DNA of 64,000 nucleotides from an uncultured Gammaproteobacteria bacterium (GTDB lineage Bacteria > Patescibacteriota > Microgenomatia > JAMCZE01), in assembly GCA_964641255.1 (NCBI GenBank), contig CAZXMM010000001.1, positions 745,890-809,889 on the forward strand, given 5' to 3'. The notes under the pieces are model-generated. The model made no database searches and was not told the DNA's origin. It was given only the letters and a program-made list of their open reading frames with translations. Of the stretch, positions 1 to 8,720 are shown piece after piece. The first letter of the stretch is position 1. Each line of letters begins with the position of its first letter. Made by a program: the position numbers and the translations under genes.

Positions 1-25
1 ACCACCGGTGCTATAATTTCCTAAT

Positions 26-101
26 GCACCTGTAGCTCAATGGATAGAGCACTTCGCTTCGGACGAAGGGGTTGGGGGTTCGATTCCCTTCAGGTGCACC
101 A
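26..101 (+). tRNA. tRNA-Arg (anticodon TCG)
   Basis: Manual cloverleaf: acceptor GCACCTG/CAGGTGC, D-arm GCTC..GAGC, anticodon stem CTTCG/CGAAG with loop CTTCGGA, T-arm GGGGG-TTCGATT-CCCTT, encoded CCA. A TATAAT box lies at 12-17 upstream. Confidence 0.8.
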
Positions 102-165
102 GTTGGTAAAATAATCACAGCGGATTGTTGGCTCGAGTTTGGTTAGTTCATCTCCCAGGTGTGAT

Positions 166-921
166 ATGCTTGGTAGTGTGAAGATAATCAATAAACTAAG
201 AAATCAAGCGGTCCGTCTCAGGCTTCTGGGTAAAAGCTACAAAGAAATTGACCAAGAGATCCACGTTGCCAAAAGTACCCTTAGCTATTGGCTAAAAGAT
301 GTCGAGTTGACACCGCAACAACAGCTAAGACTTTATACAAAGCAGGTTAACATACTATCTCGTGGACCAAAAAGTCAAAGAGACCGCCGGGCAAAATTAG
401 TCGACCAAATAGTCAGCAGTGCAAAGAGAGAGGTTGCATTACCTATCTCTGACGAAAGCATCAAGCTTTTTGGTGTCGGACTGTATTGGGCAGAGGGCTC
501 AAAGAGCAAATTGCTTCAAATTACGAATTCAGATCCTTATTTGATCTTATTTATGGTGAGATGGCTACACAAAGTCTTCGGCGTTCCACCTACTTCACTA
601 AGAATTCATCTGAATCTTTACTCTCAACAAAGAGAACAGGATATTAAACTTTTTTGGTCAGAGCTAACTGGGATTCCCCTTGAAAATTTTGGCAAGTCAT
701 ATATTAAACCGGAGAACAAAGGATTTAAAAAAAATAACTTATACTATGGCACGGCCAGAATTTACGTACCTAAGTCAACAGACTATAAGTATCAAATGCT
801 CGGCTGGCTTTCTGCCCTTTTAGAAAGTTACAAAACTGATGTAGAATCAGTTAAGCAGAGGTGGACCAGACTTAAAGACACCAAACGGCCAACAAATTTG
901 CGGGTTCCTTTGCCTCGTTAG
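166..921 (+). CDS. Hypothetical protein with N-terminal helix-turn-helix and a LAGLIDADG-like motif (GVGLYWAEGSKS); putative homing-endonuclease-like protein. The ORF could also start at TTG 139.
   Basis: ORF track 139-921. HTH-like segment LLGKSYKEIDQEIHVAKSTLSYWLK. Motif GLYWAEGS resembles LAGLIDADG (e.g. LLGLWIGDG). The ORF sits between two tRNA genes and its stop overlaps the tRNA-Lys 5' end. Confidence 0.35.
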   Translation: MLGSVKIINKLRNQAVRLRLLGKSYKEIDQEIHVAKSTLSYWLKDVELTPQQQLRLYTKQVNILSRGPKSQRDRRAKLVDQIVSSAKREVALPISDESIKLFGVGLYWAEGSKSKLLQITNSDPYLILFMVRWLHKVFGVPPTSLRIHLNLYSQQREQDIKLFWSELTGIPLENFGKSYIKPENKGFKKNNLYYGTARIYVPKSTDYKYQMLGWLSALLESYKTDVESVKQRWTRLKDTKRPTNLRVPLPR

Positions 922-983
922 CTCAGTGGTAGAGCAGGAAGCTCTTAACTTCAAGGTCACAGGTTCGAATCCTGTACGAGGCA
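912..983 (+). tRNA. tRNA-Lys (anticodon CTT)
   Basis: Manual fold: acceptor GCCTCGT/ACGAGGC, D-arm GCTC-AGTGGTA-GAGC, anticodon loop CTCTTAA, T-arm ACAGG-TTCGAAT-CCTGT. CCA is not encoded. Confidence 0.8.
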
Positions 984-997
984 CAGTGTGGTAGACT

Positions 998-2980
998 CTA
1001 GCGCTTACGCAGTAGAACAATGAGTCCCAGAAGACCAAGTAGCGGCCCACAGAGGAGAAAAATTATCCGAGTATCTTCCTCAAGGAACGGTTGGACCGCC
1101 TTTTCGACAGCCAGACTTAAAAGAAGTTTTGGCTGATGCAGCAAATCTGTCTTAGTGGGGAAATAAACAGTGCGAAACACTGATCCTTTATTAACAATCG
1201 CAATGCTGCGGTTTTTCTCCTCGTGCGATAAGACAAAACTCAGGATAAAGCGCTTATCCTTTGACTTTGGATCGAGAGGAAAACCAACGGGGTGAAACCT
1301 AGTTTCGTAGAGCTGAGAAACTGGATAGATTGTCTGGGCAATAAGTTTCCCGGTGGGATCTTGTAAGTTCACTTGCAAACTTTGCTCTCCGCTTAGACCA
1401 GTATTGGCGTCTGCAGCGGCATAATCAGTAGTAATCATCAAATTTATCAGCACCATGCCTAAATTGGCATCGGCTCCCACAAAGGGCAGACTCACTGGGT
1501 TTAAGGATAGGGGGATGAGACGGGGTAGATTAATATTGTCTACATTGACCACTCGAGCCGAGAGGGTGACTGGAACGCGTTGGGCCACCCAAATTAGAAA
1601 AACAAAACCTACTAGCCCCAAGATTAGAATTCTCCCAATTCCTTTTTCAGGGCGCTCCGCTCTGTCTTTTACCTGCGTTTTAGGAGGGGTGCTTTGGCTT
1701 TTGGCAAAGTAGGGGAGTTCCAAAAAGACATGAAGTACCACCGCCAAAACAGCCATCAAAATGATCGCTGAGATAGCCGCTTGCGCCATAGCCCCAACCG
1801 TTACAGGATCACCATTTTGGAGAAACACTTCAATAGCGATGGTGTGAGTTAAATAAAGTGCGTAGCTAAGGCTACCTAAAGTCATTAAAATCCGGTTTCT
1901 AAGAAATCCCGACCAAGCATTATTGACTGACAGAGTGATTAAAAACACCCCAGTGACGGGAATAATACCTAAAATTAAATCAAAGAGGCCGGGTAAGCGG
2001 GTGAGTTTGGCTAGCAAAGGGACGCCCACTACTCCCATCAGGCAAAGTGTAACCAGTCCTACTTTCGGTAAACGCATTGCAAGATTTTGCCAGCGCTTTA
2101 TCCACTGGGTTTCGCGAATTAAACCAATAGCCACCCCAAAGGCAAAATAAATCCCGAGGTAGATTTGCATCATCTTAAGGGCAAGAACACCACTAAAAAG
2201 CAGCCATAAGCCAAAAAAGAACGGGAAAGCCAGTAGGGTAGTAATGCTCCCTAGAGTGATGGACTTTTTTTCAGTGATAAAGCTGATAATGGGCAAAAAC
2301 AAAAGGGGGTAAAAAATATAAAAGGAGACTTCGGTAACAATGCTCCAGTAAGCTCCATCAAGTTGCGGCACGTAATTGCCAAACGGCAAAGCTACAGTGC
2401 TATTAACCGCAAAAAAAACTACGGACTGAGCCCACTTGGGCCAAATTAGATAAAACACTGAGGACGGGACTAGCGGTAGGACAAAGATATAACCCAGAAT
2501 CACCGCCAGTTGCAGGGTAAGAAAAGTGAGAAACAATAATTTCCCTAGTTTGGGTCTTTGTGGAAGTAACATAAAGCCCCTCCACAACAGTCCCAAAACG
2601 GCGATGACAACGAGAACTATCTGTGCAGTCACCAGCGGATCCAGCTTTGTGTCAAAAAATCTGATAATGGTTAGCGCCACACACATGGCCACAAAAGCTG
2701 GAAAAATGCGGGTGTAACGTTTTTGCCAAAAGGCTAGCTTAGAAGCCACCTGGGGATAAATTGTCGCCATGAGAAATCCACTTAAGAGAAAGAGAATACT
2801 CACACCAATTTTGCCACTCACTAAAAAGGTGGCAAGAAGTGGTTGTAAAAGGGTCGGGGTAAGGTCAAACAGCGGACCCAACCGCAAGTGATTGAGGATA
2901 ACAAGAACAATCGCAATTCCCCGCAGGCCATCCAACTGATCAATACGGCGAGAATCCGAAACGGTGGGTTGCATAGCCAT
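998..2980 (-). CDS. Acyltransferase family 3 (OafA/YrhL-like) integral membrane protein with a C-terminal extracytoplasmic domain
   Basis: N-terminal signature IDQLDGLRGIAIVLVILNHL, about 10 predicted TM helices, then a roughly 250-aa soluble tail. Confidence 0.7.
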   Translation of the reverse strand: MAMQPTVSDSRRIDQLDGLRGIAIVLVILNHLRLGPLFDLTPTLLQPLLATFLVSGKIGVSILFLLSGFLMATIYPQVASKLAFWQKRYTRIFPAFVAMCVALTIIRFFDTKLDPLVTAQIVLVVIAVLGLLWRGFMLLPQRPKLGKLLFLTFLTLQLAVILGYIFVLPLVPSSVFYLIWPKWAQSVVFFAVNSTVALPFGNYVPQLDGAYWSIVTEVSFYIFYPLLFLPIISFITEKKSITLGSITTLLAFPFFFGLWLLFSGVLALKMMQIYLGIYFAFGVAIGLIRETQWIKRWQNLAMRLPKVGLVTLCLMGVVGVPLLAKLTRLPGLFDLILGIIPVTGVFLITLSVNNAWSGFLRNRILMTLGSLSYALYLTHTIAIEVFLQNGDPVTVGAMAQAAISAIILMAVLAVVLHVFLELPYFAKSQSTPPKTQVKDRAERPEKGIGRILILGLVGFVFLIWVAQRVPVTLSARVVNVDNINLPRLIPLSLNPVSLPFVGADANLGMVLINLMITTDYAAADANTGLSGEQSLQVNLQDPTGKLIAQTIYPVSQLYETRFHPVGFPLDPKSKDKRFILSFVLSHEEKNRSIAIVNKGSVFRTVYFPTKTDLLHQPKLLLSLAVEKAVQPFLEEDTRIIFLLCGPLLGLLGLIVLLRKR

Positions 2981-3008
2981 ATACTAAGAGTATATCATCA
3001 GGCTAGCT

Positions 3009-3941
3009 ATGAACATACTCATTACCGGCGGGGCCGGCTTTATCGGGTCGCATCTTCAAGACAAGCTGGTAGCAATGGGTCACGAGGTAGTAATCGTCGA
3101 TAATCTTCGCTCGGGGAAGAAGGATTATCTCAGTCCCCAAGCCCACTTTTATGAGGTGGATATCCGGGACAAAGCGGGCCTAGAGACAGTTTTTGCCCAA
3201 ACGAAACCAGAAGCGATTTTCCACCTAGCGGCACAAAACGAGGTACCCTACTCTATGAATCATCCACAGGAGGATCAAGAGATAAATATTGTGGGCATGA
3301 TGAATCTGTTGGATTTGGCAGTCAAATATGGCCTCCAAAAGTTCGTGTATTCCAACACCGGGGGAGCTCTTTACGGAGAGGTGGCTGAAGTGGATCTACC
3401 AATCACTGAGGATTGCCCAGTTGTCAGACCAACCTCGTTTTACGGCGTATCCAAGTTGTGTGCGGAATACTATCTTAAACTCTATGGCAATTTATACCAC
3501 CTTCCCTGGGTATCTCTGCGCTACGCCAATGTCTATGGACCAAGACAGGATGGCAACCGCGAGGCGGGGATTGTGGCAATCTTTTGTTCCAAACTGTTAA
3601 AAGGGGAGCAGCCCATAATTAACGGTGACGGCCAACATACCAGGGACTATATTTTTGTCGGTGACGTGGTAGATGCCAATACCGCCGCCCTGGCCTACGA
3701 TCAGAGTGATTATTTCAATATTGCTACCGGGCTAGAAACTTCTAACCAGGCAGTATTTGACGCTATTGAGTCGCACTTAAAAACCGGTATTCAGCCCGCT
3801 TATGGCCCCGATCGACCCGGCGACCCCCGGCATAATTCCCTCTCCCCAGCTAAGGCAAAAAGGCTTCTTAGGTGGGGGGCCAAAATTGATTTTAAAGGCG
3901 GTGTTAAAACAACGCTAGATTATTACTTACAAACTCGGTAG
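3009..3941 (+). CDS. NAD-dependent epimerase/dehydratase (UDP-glucose 4-epimerase family)
   Basis: Rossmann motif ILITGGAGFIGSHL and catalytic YGVSKLCAEYY (YxxxK). Length 310 aa. Confidence 0.85.
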   Translation: MNILITGGAGFIGSHLQDKLVAMGHEVVIVDNLRSGKKDYLSPQAHFYEVDIRDKAGLETVFAQTKPEAIFHLAAQNEVPYSMNHPQEDQEINIVGMMNLLDLAVKYGLQKFVYSNTGGALYGEVAEVDLPITEDCPVVRPTSFYGVSKLCAEYYLKLYGNLYHLPWVSLRYANVYGPRQDGNREAGIVAIFCSKLLKGEQPIINGDGQHTRDYIFVGDVVDANTAALAYDQSDYFNIATGLETSNQAVFDAIESHLKTGIQPAYGPDRPGDPRHNSLSPAKAKRLLRWGAKIDFKGGVKTTLDYYLQTR

Positions 3942-3978
3942 AATAGTTTCACTATGCAACTCACCCAAATAGATCTCA

Positions 3979-5415
3979 ATGACATACGGCCTCGACTTCG
4001 GTACCACTAATAGTGCAATCAGCATCGGAAGGGCTGAGGGGAGACGAGGATCAACGCTTTTACCAATTGACGGCTTCGCATTTGACCCCCACGTTATCCG
4101 TACTGCGCTTTACTTTTATCCCCGGAAACTAGTCATTGACCCCCACACCACGAAGGAAGCTCTCGCTAGGAATGAGTTTAAAGTCGGACAAATTTGGTAC
4201 GAAGGTGAGTTTAAAACTGAAATTGGTGCCAAAGCGATAAAAACCTATTTAGCTGATAATAAAAATCGTCAACCCGGCATCACCCGCAAAATTTATACAG
4301 GCAAATGGATTAAAGCCAACAGCTCAGCCTCGGAAGATGTTCCTCAAAACGTGCAAGTGCCCGAGCATCATGTTGAAATTGATTATGGAACTGGAAGACT
4401 ACTTTACGCCCTAAAGACCGCCCTTAAAGCTCCACTTTATACAGGCTCGTCACTTTTTGGCAAGTTCTTTACCCTAGAAGAGTTAATCGCAACGTATGTT
4501 ACAGAGATCAAAAGAAAGGCCGACAGCCAAGTAGGAGACAATGTAACCTCGATTGTTTGCGGCAGACCAGTGGAGTTTTCCCCGAATAAAGCCAAGGACC
4601 GGGCGGCCCAAGACCGCCTGATAGAGGGACTTAGGGCTGCTGGATTTAAAACCATCGAGTTCGAATACGAGCCAGTGGCCGCCGCCAAACACTATATTTC
4701 TCTTCATCCTGGCGAGCAGAAAAAGGTGTTTGTCTTTGATTTTGGAGGCGGAACTCTCGACACTACGATTGTGGAGTCGGGAACTGTTCCGAAAATACTC
4801 TCAACAGGCGGCGTCTATATTGGAGGTAATCTGTTAAATTCAAAAATTTTAAAAGCTAAGCTTCTCCCTTATTTTGGCAGCAACATTACGTATGGCCATC
4901 GCCAGGTACCGCTCTCAAACCATATCTTTACTCAGCTGGCTTCTTGGTACACAATTCCCAATCTAAATAATCCAGCTAACATGCGCCATCTTTCAGATGC
5001 CCATTATCAGTGTTCGGACACCGCAGCATTGGATCGTCTTATTGCCCTCATTAACAGAAATCTTGGTTTCGAACTCTACGAAGCAATTGAAACTGCTAAG
5101 AAAGAACTGTCAAAAGAGAGAGTGTCTCGCATCGTTTTTAAGGATGCTTCCATTAGTATTGATATGCCCCTAACTCGCAGCGAATTTGAGGAAATTATTG
5201 CCCCAGAAGCTCACATGGTAGAAGCGCTTGTTATTAAAACCTTGGAGGATGCGAAAGTCGACCCCGAAGAGATCGACGTGGTAGTAAGAACTGGTGGGTC
5301 ATCGCTAATCCCGCTTTTTGAGCAGATGTTGGGGAGAATTTTCAAACCAGAGAAGTTAACCCTTCTTGACACCTTCACGAGTATTGCTTCGGGGCTCTCC
5401 CTACCGAAAATTTAA
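3979..5415 (+). CDS. Hsp70-family actin-like ATPase (short, YegD-like; lacks a substrate-binding domain)
   Basis: LDFGTTNSAISIG (phosphate-1) and VFDFGGGTLDTTIVE (Hsp70 DLGGGTFD-like). Only 478 aa. Confidence 0.7.
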   Translation: MTYGLDFGTTNSAISIGRAEGRRGSTLLPIDGFAFDPHVIRTALYFYPRKLVIDPHTTKEALARNEFKVGQIWYEGEFKTEIGAKAIKTYLADNKNRQPGITRKIYTGKWIKANSSASEDVPQNVQVPEHHVEIDYGTGRLLYALKTALKAPLYTGSSLFGKFFTLEELIATYVTEIKRKADSQVGDNVTSIVCGRPVEFSPNKAKDRAAQDRLIEGLRAAGFKTIEFEYEPVAAAKHYISLHPGEQKKVFVFDFGGGTLDTTIVESGTVPKILSTGGVYIGGNLLNSKILKAKLLPYFGSNITYGHRQVPLSNHIFTQLASWYTIPNLNNPANMRHLSDAHYQCSDTAALDRLIALINRNLGFELYEAIETAKKELSKERVSRIVFKDASISIDMPLTRSEFEEIIAPEAHMVEALVIKTLEDAKVDPEEIDVVVRTGGSSLIPLFEQMLGRIFKPEKLTLLDTFTSIASGLSLPKI

Positions 5416-5420
5416 GAGCA

Positions 5421-5939
5421 TTATTTTCCAGCTAGGTACCGAGAAGTAAATTCCTTATCAGAATTTTTGACGTTGGGGACACTGCTTACGGGAAAAAAGA
5501 TTCCTTTAACCAATTTAATACCAGGACGAAGAAGAATGGGCAGGGGACCAATATTATGAATGGGGAGGGCAAGGAACCCACTACTTCCTGGCTCAGCGAA
5601 TTGATCGCTGTGAAGAGCGTCCAGATCAATTTGTCCCTTGGATCCCCGGGTAGTCAGAAGTAGGGAAACAGTGCGGCCAAGCATCACATTTTCCGCGATA
5701 AAACCAATAATGAAGTCTCCGGGTTCTAAAAGGTATCCCGCTTTTGTCATTTCAAAAGCATTTTCAAACTCTAAGGTATCATCGGCACTGTCAAGAAACT
5801 CCTTTATTTTTAATTGACACAGCTTACTACCCAGAGTGAAGGTGTAACTGCCAGGCTTTAGATTCTCTTCAATAAATGGAGTGATACTAATCTCTCCTGT
5901 CGCAAGATAATTTTTAATATCAGAACTGGAAAGAATCAT
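5421..5939 (-). CDS. dCTP deaminase/dUTPase superfamily protein (Dcd-like)
   Basis: [21 protein letters not shown] matches the Dcd N-terminus [40 protein letters not shown] and LRPG also match Dcd motifs. Confidence 0.65.
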   Translation of the reverse strand: [172 protein letters not shown]

Positions 5940-6030
5940 AAGTGTAGTTTTATATTAGCGCAAAATTACTTGCATTTCTTTCACTTTACAATAATTTGAC
6001 TAGACCGCTCATTTCTGGCATTATAACTTC

Positions 6031-6627
6031 ATGAAGAGACTGCTCCTCTTGGGAAGCTTTGTCCTCGGCAATTTCTCCATTTTGGTAATCGCCTTTGCCA
6101 TTATTACTATGTGGACTACTCAGAGTAGTTCGGCCGCTGAGACAGAGAGTAGTGACGTGGTCCTCACTCTAGGTCCTAGGGAACTAAGGCACTTTGGCGC
6201 CGCACCGGCAGAGCTACCCCAGATCAGTCCCACAATTATTGAAAGTGATGCAAGACCGACCATTATCAACAAATTCTTTATCGCCCACTCTTCACCTATG
6301 ACCGGGCTCGGTAAAATCATTGTGGCCGAGGCGGATAAGAATAAGATTCCCTTTAATTTGCTACCGGCTATCGCCATGTGCGAAGGCAACGCCGGAAAAG
6401 TTATGCCCGAAGGCAGCTTTAATACTTACGGCTGGGGAATTTATGGTAACAAGGTGACCCGCTTTGCCAGTTGGGAAGAGGGGATAGCGGCAGTTTCCAA
6501 GGGACTACGGACTAATTATTACGACCGGGGGCTAACCACAATTGAAGCTATTATGGCCAGATACGCTCCTCCTTCTGAGGGATCTTGGGCAAACTGCGTT
6601 AACAAATATATGGCCGAGCTAGAGTAA
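6031..6627 (+). CDS. Membrane-anchored putative peptidoglycan hydrolase (glucosaminidase-like), paralog A
   Basis: N-terminal TM helix. Motif LLPAIAMCEGNAG...GWGIYG...SWEEGI resembles the glucosaminidase (FlgJ C-terminal-like) AxAxxESxxG pattern. Clear paralog of 6786-7331. Confidence 0.4.
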   Translation: MKRLLLLGSFVLGNFSILVIAFAIITMWTTQSSSAAETESSDVVLTLGPRELRHFGAAPAELPQISPTIIESDARPTIINKFFIAHSSPMTGLGKIIVAEADKNKIPFNLLPAIAMCEGNAGKVMPEGSFNTYGWGIYGNKVTRFASWEEGIAAVSKGLRTNYYDRGLTTIEAIMARYAPPSEGSWANCVNKYMAELE

Positions 6628-6645
6628 TCTAGTACTTCCCGCCAC

Positions 6646-6674
6646 TTGACAAGCCCATAATATATTGTTATAAT
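6646..6674 (+). promoter_or_regulatory. Consensus sigma70 promoter: TTGACA, 17-nt spacer, TATAAT
   Basis: TTGACA at 6646-6651, exact 17-nt spacer, TATAAT at 6669-6674. Confidence 0.5.
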
Positions 6675-6685
6675 CTCTTTTAGAT

Positions 6686-6724
6686 CCTGAGGTATGCTTC
6701 CCAAGGCTACGTCAGGGTTTTTTT
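6686..6724 (+). terminator. Intrinsic-terminator-like hairpin (CCTGA.GTA...TAC.TCAGG) followed by a 7-T run
   Basis: Imperfect 8-bp stem at 6686-6716 followed by TTTTTTT at 6718-6724. It lies only about 12 nt downstream of the predicted TSS of the 6646 promoter. Confidence 0.45.
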
Positions 6725-6785
6725 GTATCTAAGTCTTCCCCTTAGAACCATCTCATAGTAGACCAGGCAAAACTAGTCCACAACT

Positions 6786-7331
6786 ATGACAACTGCAACT
6801 CTTAAAAAATTTGTTCTCAAATGGCTCTTGGTTTTAACACTTTTAGTGTTAGCAATTTTTGGCAGCGCGGGAGAAACTTGGGCTACAGATATTCGCGAAC
6901 GCAAAATCGCTGCCTATCTTTTTAAACACAATTCCCCCCTGGCTTACTATGCCAAAGAGTTCGTGATTCAAGCTGATGAGAACGGCTTTGACTACCGACT
7001 GCTCCCAGCTATTGCGGGAGTGGAGTCAACCTTTTGCAAACGCTACATTGTTGGCACTTACAATTGTTGGGGTTGGGGAGTGGGAAAAATCCCTTTTGAG
7101 TCATGGGGACATGGGATAAACAAGATTTCCGATGCTTTGGGCGAAAAATACATTGGTCGGGGAGCGGTCACCGTCGAACAAATCGGCAGAATCTATTGTC
7201 CGCCTACCCATGAATCCTGGTCCAAAAACGTACGCTTTTTTATGAATGAGATCGACAGTGTTGATCTTTCAGAACCAATCTCCAACCTAACACTACCAAA
7301 TCAAGCCTTGGCCCGATCGCTTGATATATAA
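6786..7331 (+). CDS. Membrane-anchored putative peptidoglycan hydrolase (glucosaminidase-like), paralog B
   Basis: N-terminal TM helix. LLPAIAGVESTF...CWGWGVGK...SWGHGI aligns with paralog A along the whole C-terminal domain. Confidence 0.4.
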   Translation: MTTATLKKFVLKWLLVLTLLVLAIFGSAGETWATDIRERKIAAYLFKHNSPLAYYAKEFVIQADENGFDYRLLPAIAGVESTFCKRYIVGTYNCWGWGVGKIPFESWGHGINKISDALGEKYIGRGAVTVEQIGRIYCPPTHESWSKNVRFFMNEIDSVDLSEPISNLTLPNQALARSLDI

Positions 7332-7352
7332 TAGTCAAAGACATCTTTTTTA

Positions 7353-7437
7353 GGGCTGATGGCGGAATTGGTATACGCGCACGCTTTAGGAGCGTGTCCC
7401 GCAAGGGATGGAGGTTCAAGTCCTCTTCAGCCCACCA
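7353..7437 (+). tRNA. tRNA-Leu (anticodon TAG), class II with long variable arm
   Basis: Acceptor GGGCTGA/TCAGCCC, anticodon stem CACGC/GCGTG with loop TTTAGGA, long variable arm TCCCGCAAGGGAT, T-arm GGAGG-TTCAAGT-CCTCT, encoded CCA. Confidence 0.85.
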
Positions 7438-7493
7438 TTGATACTTTAGGATTCAAGCCGATAATTAAAATTGGCGAACAGCATTATTTAAAA

Positions 7494-7946
7494 TTGTCAG
7501 ACCGGGTGAGAACAAAATCAGAAATAGCTGCATTTTTGTTTGCGAAAGTGTCGGCTGACTACTCTGCGTCCATTACAGCCCAAGGAACTGCCTTAGCAGC
7601 AGCATGTAATAATCTCAGATTAAGACCTAGACGCCTAGGTCAAGCGCTGTTAGGGAATCAAACCGCACTGGAACGGCTGCAAAATGCCGCTAATTCCGCT
7701 CACGCACGAAATCATGTAATTGGCATTGTAACCGTAAAAGACGTTAGGGGAATTGTTGCTAGTGATTTTGCGATAGCAGACAGGCTGCGCTTATTGAATG
7801 AGTCCGATATTGACGAGATCTTAGGGCAATATTCGTATTTTCGTCAGATGCAACAGCAAATCGGTAGATTTGCTGAAATTGAATATCGTGAGGTGGCCTA
7901 CGATATTTTAGATATATATAAAAGGAAACTTGTCGCCTTCTTCTAA
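7494..7946 (+). CDS. Hypothetical protein; start uncertain (no in-frame ATG until near the C-terminus; possible TTG 7494 or GTG 7506)
   Basis: ORF track 7359-7946, but the first 79 nt of that ORF are the tRNA-Leu gene. No recognisable motifs. Confidence 0.3.
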   Translation: MSDRVRTKSEIAAFLFAKVSADYSASITAQGTALAAACNNLRLRPRRLGQALLGNQTALERLQNAANSAHARNHVIGIVTVKDVRGIVASDFAIADRLRLLNESDIDEILGQYSYFRQMQQQIGRFAEIEYREVAYDILDIYKRKLVAFF

Positions 7947-8026
7947 AGCTAACTAGTCAGCAAATATATTTAGCTTGCCACTCCCTAATTGTTTTCCGTT
8001 TCTACACTAAATAAACTGCTCTTGTT

Positions 8027-8686
8027 GTGTCAAAAAAAGTAACCCAAAAGGAAGTAGCCAAGCGAGGATTAGTTTTTATTGATTTTAATGGAGTAATCTC
8101 CTATAAACCCTTCTGGTCAACCCTAGCCGATAAGTCACACCCAAGTCATAGTCTTTTCCTAAAAATACAGGATTTAATTTTTGGCCCAGACCCCACTCTC
8201 GTCCAAGCCTGGATGACAGGAAAGAAGACCTCGGAAGAGATTCATGAAACACTGGAAAAAAACTTAGGTGCCCCTAAGGAACTTTTTAGTAACTTTGTTA
8301 GGGACTGCATAAATCTTGATGTTTCAGTTCCCATCATTTCCGCTGCTAAAAAATTGCGGTCAAATTTCCACCTCATTCTCCGTACGGACAATATGGACAC
8401 ATTTTCTCGCTGGACACTGCCCGCTCATCCAGAACTAAGGGAAACTTTCCACGAAATTTATTCGTCGTTTGAACTGGGTTTCTTAAAAAAGACTGATGGG
8501 GGTAAATTTTTCGTTGATCTGGCCGAAAAAAATGGGTTTACCATTTCTCAGTGTAGTCTGCTAGATGATAGTACTAGTAACTGCGCTCTCTTTAGGACGA
8601 TTGGTGGGCGGGCTTTTCAAACAACCAGCGAAATGGAAGCAATTACTGTGTTGGCTGGTCTAGGAAGTCACACTCGGCTTATTTAA
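8027..8686 (+). CDS. HAD-superfamily-like hydrolase (divergent motif I DFNGV)
   Basis: VFIDFNGVIS (motif I with Asn replacing the second Asp) and LLDDSTSN (motif IV-like). Confidence 0.45.
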   Translation: MSKKVTQKEVAKRGLVFIDFNGVISYKPFWSTLADKSHPSHSLFLKIQDLIFGPDPTLVQAWMTGKKTSEEIHETLEKNLGAPKELFSNFVRDCINLDVSVPIISAAKKLRSNFHLILRTDNMDTFSRWTLPAHPELRETFHEIYSSFELGFLKKTDGGKFFVDLAEKNGFTISQCSLLDDSTSNCALFRTIGGRAFQTTSEMEAITVLAGLGSHTRLI

Positions 8687-8720
8687 CACCCCGGTAGCAA
8701 TATGCTACAGTAATAGAGCC

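Noticed and set aside
847-1050. Minus-strand 67-aa ORF overlapping tRNA-Lys
   Set aside because: It covers the tRNA gene on the opposite strand; shadow ORF.
1455-2717. Several 60-85 aa ORFs (1455-1712, 1923-2150, 2403-2585, 2526-2717) inside or antisense to the acyltransferase gene
   Set aside because: They are fully embedded in a well-supported 660-aa membrane-protein ORF. They have low-complexity or odd composition and no motifs. They are typical shadow ORFs.
5421-5939. Dcd-like gene as an anti-phage dCTP-deaminase defense system
   Set aside because: It is a minimal 172-aa Dcd/Dut-family enzyme with no fused kinase or other defense-type domain and no defense-island context. It is most simply a housekeeping nucleotide-metabolism gene.
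7359-7440. ORF-track start of the 195-aa ORF at 7359
   Set aside because: Its first 79 nt are the tRNA-Leu(TAG) gene itself, so any real CDS must start downstream.
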